DNA of 64,000 nucleotides, taken from NCBI GenBank assembly GCA_022777485.1, contig JALFGC010000051.1, positions 10,273 through 74,272 of the forward strand, given 5' to 3'. This document shows, one piece after another, positions 45,012 through 56,934 of the stretch. Each line of letters begins with the position of its first letter. Position 1 is the stretch's first letter. Source of the stretch: Bacteroidales bacterium. Its GTDB lineage: Bacteria > Bacteroidota > Bacteroidia > Bacteroidales > Paludibacteraceae. The translations under genes were made by a program, and so were the position numbers. The notes under the pieces are model-generated. The model made no database searches and had not been told where the DNA came from. It saw only the letters and a program-made list of their open reading frames with translations.

Positions 45012-45202
45012 GAAGAAAATGAACAATTAATAATTAACAATTAACATGCGTGGCGGGGTCGAAGGCTCCGAATAAATCCTTCTAAATCTCTGCAAGGGCG
45101 AGAGCCCGAAGCAAGGCGATTGTGATAAGCCTGCTCGCTGACGCTCGCGAGATAGAGAAGGATTATTACGGAGGAGATGAATCCTAAATAGTAGGCTATT
45201 GT

Positions 45203-48801
<3,599 letters not shown>

Positions 48802-48804
48802 CCT

Positions 48805-49350
48805 ATGTCCATCAAAGAAAAGATATACTCTTTTATCGCTCGCAGGCAGCCTCAGCGGGAAGCCAAGTGGCCGCACTGGGAGAGCGTGAAGCATGTGCTG
48901 GTATTGTATGAAAGCGACTTTGTTGAGAAAAATCCTGCCATTCGCACGATTCGCACCGAGTTACAAAAACATCATATCGATGCCGTCTTTTGGGGTTATG
49001 TGCCGAAGAAAGAGGTGCAGTCGGCAGTGTTACCAAAAAGTCGTATCGTGGGGATGAAAGATTTTACTATTTTTGGTTTCCCGTGCAAGGAATTGGTACA
49101 GGATTTGCAGCAACAAGAATATGACATAGTGATAGACCTCAACCAAAGCAATGCCTTGCCTTTGCGCTACCTCTGCCTGTTGGCAAAAGCGGGATTCAAA
49201 AGCGGCATGGCACCTATCGGTCAATTGCCCAATGCTCCAATGGTTCAGTCTCCCTGTGACCTGCAGATTCATACACAGCCACAAGAGACACCAGAGTTCC
49301 TCTTTCAACAGATACTTTACTATTTAACCAATATACAAAGCAATGACTAA
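48805..49350 (+). CDS. Hypothetical protein (181 aa)
   Basis: Tightly packed between ligA and dapA, with an 8-nt overlap with dapA. No motif that I recognize. Confidence 0.6.
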   Translation: MSIKEKIYSFIARRQPQREAKWPHWESVKHVLVLYESDFVEKNPAIRTIRTELQKHHIDAVFWGYVPKKEVQSAVLPKSRIVGMKDFTIFGFPCKELVQDLQQQEYDIVIDLNQSNALPLRYLCLLAKAGFKSGMAPIGQLPNAPMVQSPCDLQIHTQPQETPEFLFQQILYYLTNIQSND

Positions 49351-50230
49351 ACCTTTATTACCCTCCTTGTGTGGTTTAGGTACAGCCCTTATCACGCCCT
49401 TCCTGCCCGACAAGACAGTGGATTTCAAAGCCCTTGGCACCCTAATAGAGCACCAGATTGCAGCAGGGGTAGATTATATCGTGGTCTTCGGAACAACCTC
49501 GGAGATGGTTACGCTCAACGAGTTGGAGCGTATCACTGTGCGCGATTTTATTGTTCGCCGCGTGGCAGGGCGTGTGCCGCTGGTGCTGGGAATAGGAGGC
49601 AACTGCACAGAGCATGTAATATGCGAGATAAAGCAACAAACCCCTATCCTAACACAACATTTCTGCGCTATTCTCTCCGTTTGTCCCTACTACAACAAAC
49701 CCAATCAGCAGGGCATGTTCCAACATTTCTGTGCCATTGCCGAAGCCTCACCGCTACCTATTATCTTATATAATGTACCCGGGCGCACGGGCGTGAACCT
49801 GCTGCCGGAGACGGTGGCAAGGCTCTATAAAACCATGCCGGAGAAGATAATAGGCGTGAAAGAAGCGAGCGGAAAATTAGAGCAGATAAAGCGACTACTT
49901 GAGATAATGCCGGAGGAGTTTATGGTGATTTCGGGAGATGATAAATATGCGTGCGAACTGATGGAAGCAGGTGCCAAAGGGCTTATCTCTGTAGCAAGTA
50001 ATGCCTTCCCCGAAGATTTCCACACGATAATCTATGAGAAAGACGCCGCGCTGGCAGAGAAATACAAGCAACTGGTACACCTATTGTTTGCCGAAGGCAG
50101 CCCCGCAGGCATTAAATGTGTCTTGTCGGAGCAGGGAATAGTCAGCAACATTCTCCGCCTCCCCTTAGTCCCCTGCACTCCCTTACTGACCCAAGAGATA
50201 CGCGCGGAATTGGAAAAGGTGTCAAAGTGA
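49343..50230 (+). CDS. dapA: 4-hydroxy-tetrahydrodipicolinate synthase
   Basis: Contains [28 protein letters not shown] and VKEASG. Confidence 0.92.
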   Translation: MTKPLLPSLCGLGTALITPFLPDKTVDFKALGTLIEHQIAAGVDYIVVFGTTSEMVTLNELERITVRDFIVRRVAGRVPLVLGIGGNCTEHVICEIKQQTPILTQHFCAILSVCPYYNKPNQQGMFQHFCAIAEASPLPIILYNVPGRTGVNLLPETVARLYKTMPEKIIGVKEASGKLEQIKRLLEIMPEEFMVISGDDKYACELMEAGAKGLISVASNAFPEDFHTIIYEKDAALAEKYKQLVHLLFAEGSPAGIKCVLSEQGIVSNILRLPLVPCTPLLTQEIRAELEKVSK

Positions 50231-50234
50231 GGAT

Positions 50235-52181
50235 ATGACGAAAAATGAAAAAATGAAGTACTTGGATTCGATAAATAATCCTGTGGATTTGAAGCAGTTG
50301 CCGGTGTCGGCGTTGCCGGAGGTGTGTTCGGAATTGCGGGCGTTCATCATAGAAGAACTAAGTCACAACCCCGGGCATTTAGGCTCATCGCTGGGTGCGA
50401 TAGAGTTGACGGTGGCGCTACATTATGTGTTTGACACGCCGGACGACCGCATTGTATGGGATGTGGGGCATCAAGCATACGCGCATAAGATACTGACGGG
50501 CAGGCGGGAGCGTTTTCATACGAATAGGCAGTTCAAGGGGTTGGCACCTTTCCCGACGCCATTAGAGAGCGAGTACGACACATGCGTATGCGGGCACGCG
50601 AGCAACTCTATATCGGCGGCGCTGGGTATGGATGTGGGGGAGAAAGTGGTTAGTGGACAGAAGTCTGTGGTTAGCAGGAAGCATGTGGTGGCGGTGATAG
50701 GCGATGGAGCGATGACCGGCGGATTGGCGTTTGAGGGGCTGAACAACACCTCCATGCTACAGAATGACCTGCTGATAGTGCTCAACGACAACCATATGGC
50801 GATAGACCCGCTGAAAGGCGGCTTCACGCAGTATCTGCTGGATATCACCACTAGTTCGTTCTACAACCGCTGGCGCTGGCGGCTCTATCGGTTGGCTGTG
50901 AGGCTACACCTGATGGACGAGACGAAGCGGCAGCAAGTGATGCGGCGGCATAACAACTTAAAGAGCATCCTCACCAAGCAGCCGAACAACATCTTCCAAG
51001 CGATGAACATCCGCTATTTTGGTCCTGCGGACGGGCATGACGTGGTGGACTTGGTGCGTATTCTGCGCGAGATAAAGAACCACAAGGGTCCGAAAGTGCT
51101 GCATATCATCACGAAGAAAGGCAAGGGTTACGCGCCTGCGGAGCAAGACCAGACGACTTGGCATGCGCCCGGGGAGTTCTGCGTGGAGACGGGCGAGCGC
51201 AAGGCTGCGCAAGGGGAGAAGCACGATGTGCCGCCGCTGTGGCAGGAGGTGTTCGGCGAGGAGTTGCTGGCGATGGCGCGGGAAGACAAGCGGGTAGTGG
51301 GCGTTACGCCGGCGATGCCATCAGGTTGCTCAATGAGTATCATGCAGAAAGTGTACCCCGACAGGGTGTTCGATGTGGGGATAGCGGAGGGGCATGCGGT
51401 TACGTTCTCTGCCGGGATGGCGAAAGAGGGCGCGGTAGTGTTCTGCAATATCTATTCGTCGTTCCTACAACGCGCTTACGATAATATCATCCACGACGTG
51501 GCGATAGCGCAGTTGCCTGTTATTCTGTGCATTGACCGCGCGGGGATAGTGGGAAATGATGGCGCGACCCACCACGGTTTGTTCGACCTTGCTTACCTGC
51601 GACCGATACCCCACCTTGCTATCTGCGCGCCGCGGACAGCGAGCGACCTCAAGGCGATGATGCGGTTGGCGCCGACGCTGGGCGGACCTGTGGCGATTCG
51701 TTACCCGAGGGGGAGGAGCATGGAGGATGAAGGATTAAGGATGAAAGATGAAAGACCAATATGTATTGGTAATGGGGTGTGCCTGCGAGAAGGCAAAGAT
51801 ATGGCGGTGCTGAGCATAGGCGCGATAGGCAACGCCGTGGCGGAAGCAATTGATTTAGTGGATGAAAGAGCCAAGAGCCAAGAACCAAGACTCATTGCCC
51901 ATTACGACATGCGTTGGCTCAAACCGCTGGACGAAGATCTGCTGCGGGAGGTGGGCGAGCGATTCAAGACCATCGTAACCGTGGAAGACGGCGTGATAGA
52001 CGGCGGATTGGGTAGCGCAGTGCTGGAATGGATGGCTGACCATAGCTTCACCCCGCGCGTCATCCGACTGGGCGTGCGCGACCGGTTTGTGGAGCACGGC
52101 AGTACGCAAGAGTTGTATCATCTGTTGAAATTAGATAAGGAAGGAATATGCGAATCGTTATTGCAGGCGCTGGAGAAGTAG
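50235..52181 (+). CDS. dxs: 1-deoxy-D-xylulose-5-phosphate synthase
   Basis: Contains [54 protein letters not shown] and [15 protein letters not shown]. Alternative start at ATG 50253. Confidence 0.93.
   Translation: MTKNEKMKYLDSINNPVDLKQLPVSALPEVCSELRAFIIEELSHNPGHLGSSLGAIELTVALHYVFDTPDDRIVWDVGHQAYAHKILTGRRERFHTNRQFKGLAPFPTPLESEYDTCVCGHASNSISAALGMDVGEKVVSGQKSVVSRKHVVAVIGDGAMTGGLAFEGLNNTSMLQNDLLIVLNDNHMAIDPLKGGFTQYLLDITTSSFYNRWRWRLYRLAVRLHLMDETKRQQVMRRHNNLKSILTKQPNNIFQAMNIRYFGPADGHDVVDLVRILREIKNHKGPKVLHIITKKGKGYAPAEQDQTTWHAPGEFCVETGERKAAQGEKHDVPPLWQEVFGEELLAMAREDKRVVGVTPAMPSGCSMSIMQKVYPDRVFDVGIAEGHAVTFSAGMAKEGAVVFCNIYSSFLQRAYDNIIHDVAIAQLPVILCIDRAGIVGNDGATHHGLFDLAYLRPIPHLAICAPRTASDLKAMMRLAPTLGGPVAIRYPRGRSMEDEGLRMKDERPICIGNGVCLREGKDMAVLSIGAIGNAVAEAIDLVDERAKSQEPRLIAHYDMRWLKPLDEDLLREVGERFKTIVTVEDGVIDGGLGSAVLEWMADHSFTPRVIRLGVRDRFVEHGSTQELYHLLKLDKEGICESLLQALEK
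51723..51763 (+). repeat. Purine-rich word cluster inside dxs (gaggatgaaggattaaggatgaaagatgaaagaccaatatg)
   Basis: It shares aaggattaaRgat...ggatgaaagac with 55504-55536, and agaccaatatg with coaE 59375-59385. Confidence 0.55.
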
Positions 52182-53482
52182 GCACTCACCTTGCCAAACT
52201 GCTCTCGCGCGAAGATATGGAGATTAGTCTGTTGGATGCCAAGGCAGAACGCTTGGGCGACTTAGATGCCGACTACGACCTGCTCACGAAAGTGGGTAGC
52301 CCTACTTCGATACACGACCTCAAGGAAATAGGTGTGGGCGAGGCAGACCTCTTCATCGCCGTAACTCCCTCGGAGTCGGAGAATATCACAGCGTGCCTGA
52401 TAGCCAACCAGTTAGGCGTGAAAAAGACCCTCGCGCGGATAGATAACTACGAGTACCTCATCCCCGAGAACAAGCGTATCTTCGAGCAGATGGGGCTCAA
52501 TCACCTTATCTATCCTGAGGTGCTGGCGGCGCACGAGATAGAGGAAGCGCTGAAAGTCAATTGGTTGCGCTATCACATCACACTCTGCAATGGGGCGTTG
52601 GAACTCTGCGTCGTCAAAGTGCGCGAGGGCGCGCAGGTATTGGGAAAGAAGTTCCTATCGGGCTTCTTCGGACACGGGCTGTATCGCGTGGTGGCTATCA
52701 AACGCGGGCAAGACACCATCATCCCACGCGGCAACGACGAGATAATGGTGGGCGATATGGTCTATGCCGTTTGCACACGCGAGAACATGAAAGTGCTCCG
52801 CGAGCATACCGGCAAGCAGAAACGCGAGATAAAGAACATCATCGTCTATGGTGCTTCGCGCATAGCGCAGAAAGCCGTGCAGGAACTGCCGGAGGGCATG
52901 AGTATCAAGATACTGGAAGCCAACCGCGACCTCTGCTACCATATCTCCGACAAGGTGAATAACGCGCTGATTATCAATGCAGACGGCAGCGATATGAACT
53001 CCTTGCAGGAGGAAGGCATACAGGACGCGGACGCCTTCATCGCAGTAACCGACCGCAGCGAGGCGAATATCTTTGCCTGCCTCGCAGCAAAGCGGTTTGG
53101 GGTGAAGAAGACCATCGCGGAGGTGGAGAACATCGACTATATCCCGATGGCGGAGGCGTTGGACATCGGTACGGTGCTCAACAAGAAGACCATCACCGCA
53201 GCGTATATCTACCAGATGTTGCTCGACGCGAGTGTGCTCAATGTGCGCAACCTGACGAGTGCGGACGCGGAGATAGTGGAGTTTGTCGCCGCCGAGGGCA
53301 ACCGTATCACCAAGCACAAGATACGCGAATTGGACTTGCCCGAGGAGGTGAATATCGGGGCAATCGTTCGCGCAGGCGAAGGAATCCTTGTGAACGGCGA
53401 GACGCTGATATTGCCGGGCGACCATGTAGTGGTCTTCTGCAAACAGCAAGCCATACGACAGATGGAGAAGTTCTTTCGGTAA
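52148..53482 (+). CDS. trkA: Trk system potassium uptake protein TrkA
   Basis: [19 protein letters not shown] and a second Rossmann [13 protein letters not shown]. The start overlaps the dxs 3' end by 34 nt. Confidence 0.92.
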   Translation: MRIVIAGAGEVGTHLAKLLSREDMEISLLDAKAERLGDLDADYDLLTKVGSPTSIHDLKEIGVGEADLFIAVTPSESENITACLIANQLGVKKTLARIDNYEYLIPENKRIFEQMGLNHLIYPEVLAAHEIEEALKVNWLRYHITLCNGALELCVVKVREGAQVLGKKFLSGFFGHGLYRVVAIKRGQDTIIPRGNDEIMVGDMVYAVCTRENMKVLREHTGKQKREIKNIIVYGASRIAQKAVQELPEGMSIKILEANRDLCYHISDKVNNALIINADGSDMNSLQEEGIQDADAFIAVTDRSEANIFACLAAKRFGVKKTIAEVENIDYIPMAEALDIGTVLNKKTITAAYIYQMLLDASVLNVRNLTSADAEIVEFVAAEGNRITKHKIRELDLPEEVNIGAIVRAGEGILVNGETLILPGDHVVVFCKQQAIRQMEKFFR

Positions 53483-53488
53483 GATGTC

Positions 53489-53622
53489 TTACGACTGAAA
53501 GACCGCGCTTCGCGCTGTCAGAACCCTGACGCTGAAAGACTGATATACCATTCGAAAACTTAATCAGTCGGACAGCAAAGCGGTCGGACAATGGAATGGT
53601 CGGACAGCGCAAAGCGCGGTCT
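53489..53622. repeat. Mosaic palindromic element between trkA and trkH
   Basis: The sequence is acgactgaaagaccgcgcttcgcgctgtcag...gactgatatacc...aatcagtcggacagcaaagcggtcggacaatggaatggtcggacagcgcaaagcgcggtc. Confidence 0.88.
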
Positions 53623-53639
53623 AATAATCACAAATAAAC

Positions 53640-55148
53640 ATGACTCGAACATTTAATAGGAAGATAGTGGTGAAAACGCTTGGGGCGCTGTTGTGCCTCG
53701 AGGCGTTGTTTATGCTGGTTCCGATGTTCACGGCGTTGGCATACCATGAGCCCGACTTCGAGGCTTGGCTGGTGAGTACGGCTATCACCCTATTCGCGGG
53801 CTTGATCGGGCTGCTGATAGGCAGGCGCGCAGAGCGGAAAGTGGCGGAGCGAGAGGGGTATGCCATCGTGGCGCTGGTGTGGATAGTGTATTCCATCTTC
53901 GGCATGTTGCCGTATTGGCTAAGCGGGGCATTTCCGACTTTCTCCGACTGCTGGTTTGAGACGATGTCAGGCTTCACCACGACGGGTGCCACCATCGCAA
54001 CGGATGTAGAGAGCCTGACGCACGGCGTGCTGCTATGGCGCAGCCTCAGCCAATGGATGGGCGGCATGGGTATCATCGTACTCTCGGTGGCTATACTGCC
54101 GATGTTCGGCCTGGGCGGTATGCAGTTGTACGCCGCCGAGGTGCCGGGGGTTAGTTACGAGAAACTGTCGCCGCGTATCGCCGACACAGCAAAGCATATG
54201 TGGGGGCTCTATATACTGATTACCATTGCGGAGATAGGGTTGCTTTACCTCTTCGGCATGGGAGGCTTTGATGCGGTATGCCACTCCCTGTCCACCACCT
54301 CCACAGGCGGGTTCTCTACCAAGAACACCAGCATAACAGGCTTTGCGCCGGCGATACAATACACGATAGCCGTTTTCATGTTCCTGTCAGGTGTGAACTT
54401 CACCTACCTTATCTATGTGCTCCGTGGGCAGCCGGCGAGGTTGCTGCACGATGAAGAGACCAAATGGTATGTGCGGGCGGTGGCGATATGCACAGTGCTT
54501 GTGATGATAGGACTGCTGTTCCCCTATTTCAAGCAAGCAGCGGTGATGCCGGATGATTTTGCACAGGCGGATAGTGTATGGGGTGCCATAGAGTGCGCTT
54601 TCCGAAAGTCGTTCTTTGCGGTGGTAACGGCAATGACGAGTTGCGGATTTGCTGCATCAGACTTCTCGCATTGGTCGCATCTGCTATGGGCGATGGTGCT
54701 GTTCATCATGTTTATGGGTGCTTCTTCCGGCTCTACGGCGGGCGGTATCAAGTGGGTGCGATTGGGTATCTTTGCCAAATCAGCCATAACGGAATTGCAG
54801 CGGCGTATCCATCCCAATGCCATCATCCCTGTGCGATTCAACGGGCATCCGGTGAGCGTATCCACCATAAGTAATGTGATGGCGTTTTTGTTTTTCTATT
54901 TCCTTATCATCGTGTTGGCGACCATCGTCTTCTGTGCTACGGGCTTGGATTTTGATGTATCGATAGGCACTGCTATCTCGGCAATGGGCAACATGGGCGT
55001 AACGATAGGGCAATTCGCGCCCGAAGGCGGCACATACGCTGCTTTCCCCGCATTGGCGAAATGGGTGGCTACTTTCGTGATGTTGATTGGCCGTTTGGAA
55101 ATCTTCACCGTGCTCTTGCTCTTCACGAAAGCGCTGTGGAAGAAGTAA
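53640..55148 (+). CDS. trkH: TrkH-family potassium transporter
   Basis: Polytopic, with ETMSGFTTTGAT, WMGGMGIIVL, STTSTGGFST and GSTAGGIKW selectivity-loop motifs. Confidence 0.92.
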   Translation: MTRTFNRKIVVKTLGALLCLEALFMLVPMFTALAYHEPDFEAWLVSTAITLFAGLIGLLIGRRAERKVAEREGYAIVALVWIVYSIFGMLPYWLSGAFPTFSDCWFETMSGFTTTGATIATDVESLTHGVLLWRSLSQWMGGMGIIVLSVAILPMFGLGGMQLYAAEVPGVSYEKLSPRIADTAKHMWGLYILITIAEIGLLYLFGMGGFDAVCHSLSTTSTGGFSTKNTSITGFAPAIQYTIAVFMFLSGVNFTYLIYVLRGQPARLLHDEETKWYVRAVAICTVLVMIGLLFPYFKQAAVMPDDFAQADSVWGAIECAFRKSFFAVVTAMTSCGFAASDFSHWSHLLWAMVLFIMFMGASSGSTAGGIKWVRLGIFAKSAITELQRRIHPNAIIPVRFNGHPVSVSTISNVMAFLFFYFLIIVLATIVFCATGLDFDVSIGTAISAMGNMGVTIGQFAPEGGTYAAFPALAKWVATFVMLIGRLEIFTVLLLFTKALWKK

Positions 55149-55187
55149 AATGATATAGCATATTCCCCCGCAGTCGGTATACGGTCG

Positions 55188-55242
55188 ATAACGTAGGAAA
55201 TACGTAAGATATACGTAGGATATACGTAGGATATACGTAGGA
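55188..55242 (+). repeat. 11-bp tandem repeat x5 (tatacgtagga; the first two units are degenerate)
   Basis: Read directly: ataacgtagga aatacgtaaga tatacgtagga tatacgtagga tatacgtagga. Confidence 0.92.
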
Positions 55243-55364
55243 TAACAAGGACTGTTTGCTGACTCCATCCTTATTTTTAACTACTGATTGGCTTCGTAGG
55301 TTATGAGTCAAGTGTCAAGATACACGAACCGAGCGTCAGATAGTCTCATAGCATGTAACGGAAA

Positions 55365-56795
55365 GTGAAACCCTCTCGTATCGCGATATTGATTTGGTGC
55401 GCCATCGCCCTTTTAGGGCTGATGTGTGTGGTATTGCCCGAGCGTATGCACATCGGGCAACTCACTCTCCGATGGACTACCATCGGCAATGTGCTGGGCA
55501 ATCAGGATAAAGGATTAAAGATACAGGATGAAAGACTTGATAGTCTCGACTTTGAGGAGGTGCGGTCTCCAGGCCGCACCCAATACAATGCAGACTTAGA
55601 ACCGAGTGGTGCGACTGGGAGACCGCACCTCCTTGACACCTCAGAGACGAAGGTAATAAGTCCTTCCTCCTGTGTCCTTCCTCCTTTATCCGTAGAGGAG
55701 GTGCAAGGCGATTCTGATGCCCTGAGCGCCTTCCGCCAAGGCTTGGAGGAGGTAAACCGACGGACCGTGCGCGTGGTGCACTACGGCGACTCGCAGATAG
55801 AGGAAGACCGCATGACACAGACACTGCGCCGCCATTTGCAAGCCCTTTATGGAGGGGGCGGAGTGGGCATGCTCCCCCTTCACCAGACCATCCCCACGCG
55901 CACCATCAAGCAGACCCTAACCATCAACGGCATTCGACAAACCTCGCAGCAGGGACCACGCCGCCACTTGGTCTATGGACCAAAAGCGCAACGCCGCGAG
56001 GATGGCGTGTACGGTGCCATGGGGCAGGTGGCAATCATTGGCGACACTGCTCTGCAACGGCAAGACAGCGCGGTCTTGCATGTAGAGCCGATGGGGAAGA
56101 AGCCTCATTCCGAAACCTATTTCAACCGCTTGCGCCTATGGGCAAAAGGCGATTTCCGCTGCTATGTAAATGGGCAGCCCTTCATAGACTCCTCCGCCAC
56201 CATCCTTCCGCTGGCGGATAGCACCACCTCCTGCGACCTTGCGTTGGTAGGCTGCGGGGAGGTCTATGCCGTCTCTTTGGAGACGGAGAAAGGGGTTATC
56301 GTGGATAATGTCCCCATGCGCGGCTGCACAGGCACCATATTCACCGACATCGACAGCACACAGTTGGCGACATTCTATCGGGAGACCAATACTCGACTGA
56401 TTATCATGCAGTTCGGCGGCAATGCCATCCCCTTCAACGAGCAGCCGAGCACCATCGCAGGCACCGTGCAGAGCCTGCGCAAGCAGGTGCGCTACCTGCG
56501 CCAATGTGCCCCCGAAGCAAGTATCATCTTTGTCGGACCCGGCGACATGCTCACCCTGATAGACGGCGAGGCAACCACCTATCCCCTACTTCCCTATATG
56601 GATAGACTGCTCCGCAAGATGGCTGCGGAAGAGCATATAGCGTACTTCAGCCTCTACGAGATGATGGGCGGTCAAGAAAGCATGCTGCGCTGGCAGAAAA
56701 ACGGCTGGGCAGGCAGCGATGGTGTCCACTTCACCCGCCGCGGCGCCGAGATAGCAGGAGAAAAACTATCGGAATACATATTGAAGACCCTCTAA
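55365..56795 (+). CDS. Membrane-anchored SGNH/GDSL-like hydrolase or acyltransferase (AlgJ/AlgX/PatB-like by context)
   Basis: GTG start, TM anchor IAILIWCAIALLGLMCVVL, a low-complexity linker, then VVHYGDSQIEEDRMT, QFGGNA and DGVHFTRRGAE. Confidence 0.72.
   Translation: MKPSRIAILIWCAIALLGLMCVVLPERMHIGQLTLRWTTIGNVLGNQDKGLKIQDERLDSLDFEEVRSPGRTQYNADLEPSGATGRPHLLDTSETKVISPSSCVLPPLSVEEVQGDSDALSAFRQGLEEVNRRTVRVVHYGDSQIEEDRMTQTLRRHLQALYGGGGVGMLPLHQTIPTRTIKQTLTINGIRQTSQQGPRRHLVYGPKAQRREDGVYGAMGQVAIIGDTALQRQDSAVLHVEPMGKKPHSETYFNRLRLWAKGDFRCYVNGQPFIDSSATILPLADSTTSCDLALVGCGEVYAVSLETEKGVIVDNVPMRGCTGTIFTDIDSTQLATFYRETNTRLIIMQFGGNAIPFNEQPSTIAGTVQSLRKQVRYLRQCAPEASIIFVGPGDMLTLIDGEATTYPLLPYMDRLLRKMAAEEHIAYFSLYEMMGGQESMLRWQKNGWAGSDGVHFTRRGAEIAGEKLSEYILKTL
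55504..55536 (+). repeat. Purine-rich word cluster inside the SGNH-like gene (aggataaaggattaaagatacaggatgaaagac)
   Basis: Related to dxs 51723-51763. Confidence 0.5.
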
Positions 56796-56934
56796 TCTCC
56801 CTTAAGGGAGACTTTAGTTTCTCCACCTTTAAGGGGAGATCGAGAGGGTCTCAGACTTAATAATAAGAATTGTATAACTAAAAACAACCTCTCTCAACTC
56901 TCCCCCTAAGGGGGGAGCCGGAGGGGGTCCTACA
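56793..56934 (+). repeat. Three consecutive CTCCC/GGGAG element units
   Basis: Unit (a) is tctccct-taa-gggaga. Unit (b) is tctccacct-ttaa-ggggaga-tcg-agagggtctcag. Unit (c) is ctctccccc-taag-gggggag-ccg-gagggggtcctaca. Confidence 0.85.

Noticed and set aside
52148-52181. 34-nt overlap of the trkA start with the dxs 3' end, considered as a sign of frameshift or misassembly
   Set aside because: Both proteins read as complete: the dxs C-terminus is intact, and the trkA Rossmann motif GAGEVG starts at residue 7, so the start cannot be later. This is probably a genuine overlap.
55554-55704. 10-bp direct repeat gaggaggtgc exactly 141 nt apart, considered as a target-site duplication of an in-frame insertion
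   Set aside because: My rough estimate gives several chance 10-mer repeats within 150 nt in a 64-kb window, and more in purine-rich DNA. There are also no clean terminal inverted repeats. It is reported only as part of the repeat-built linker.
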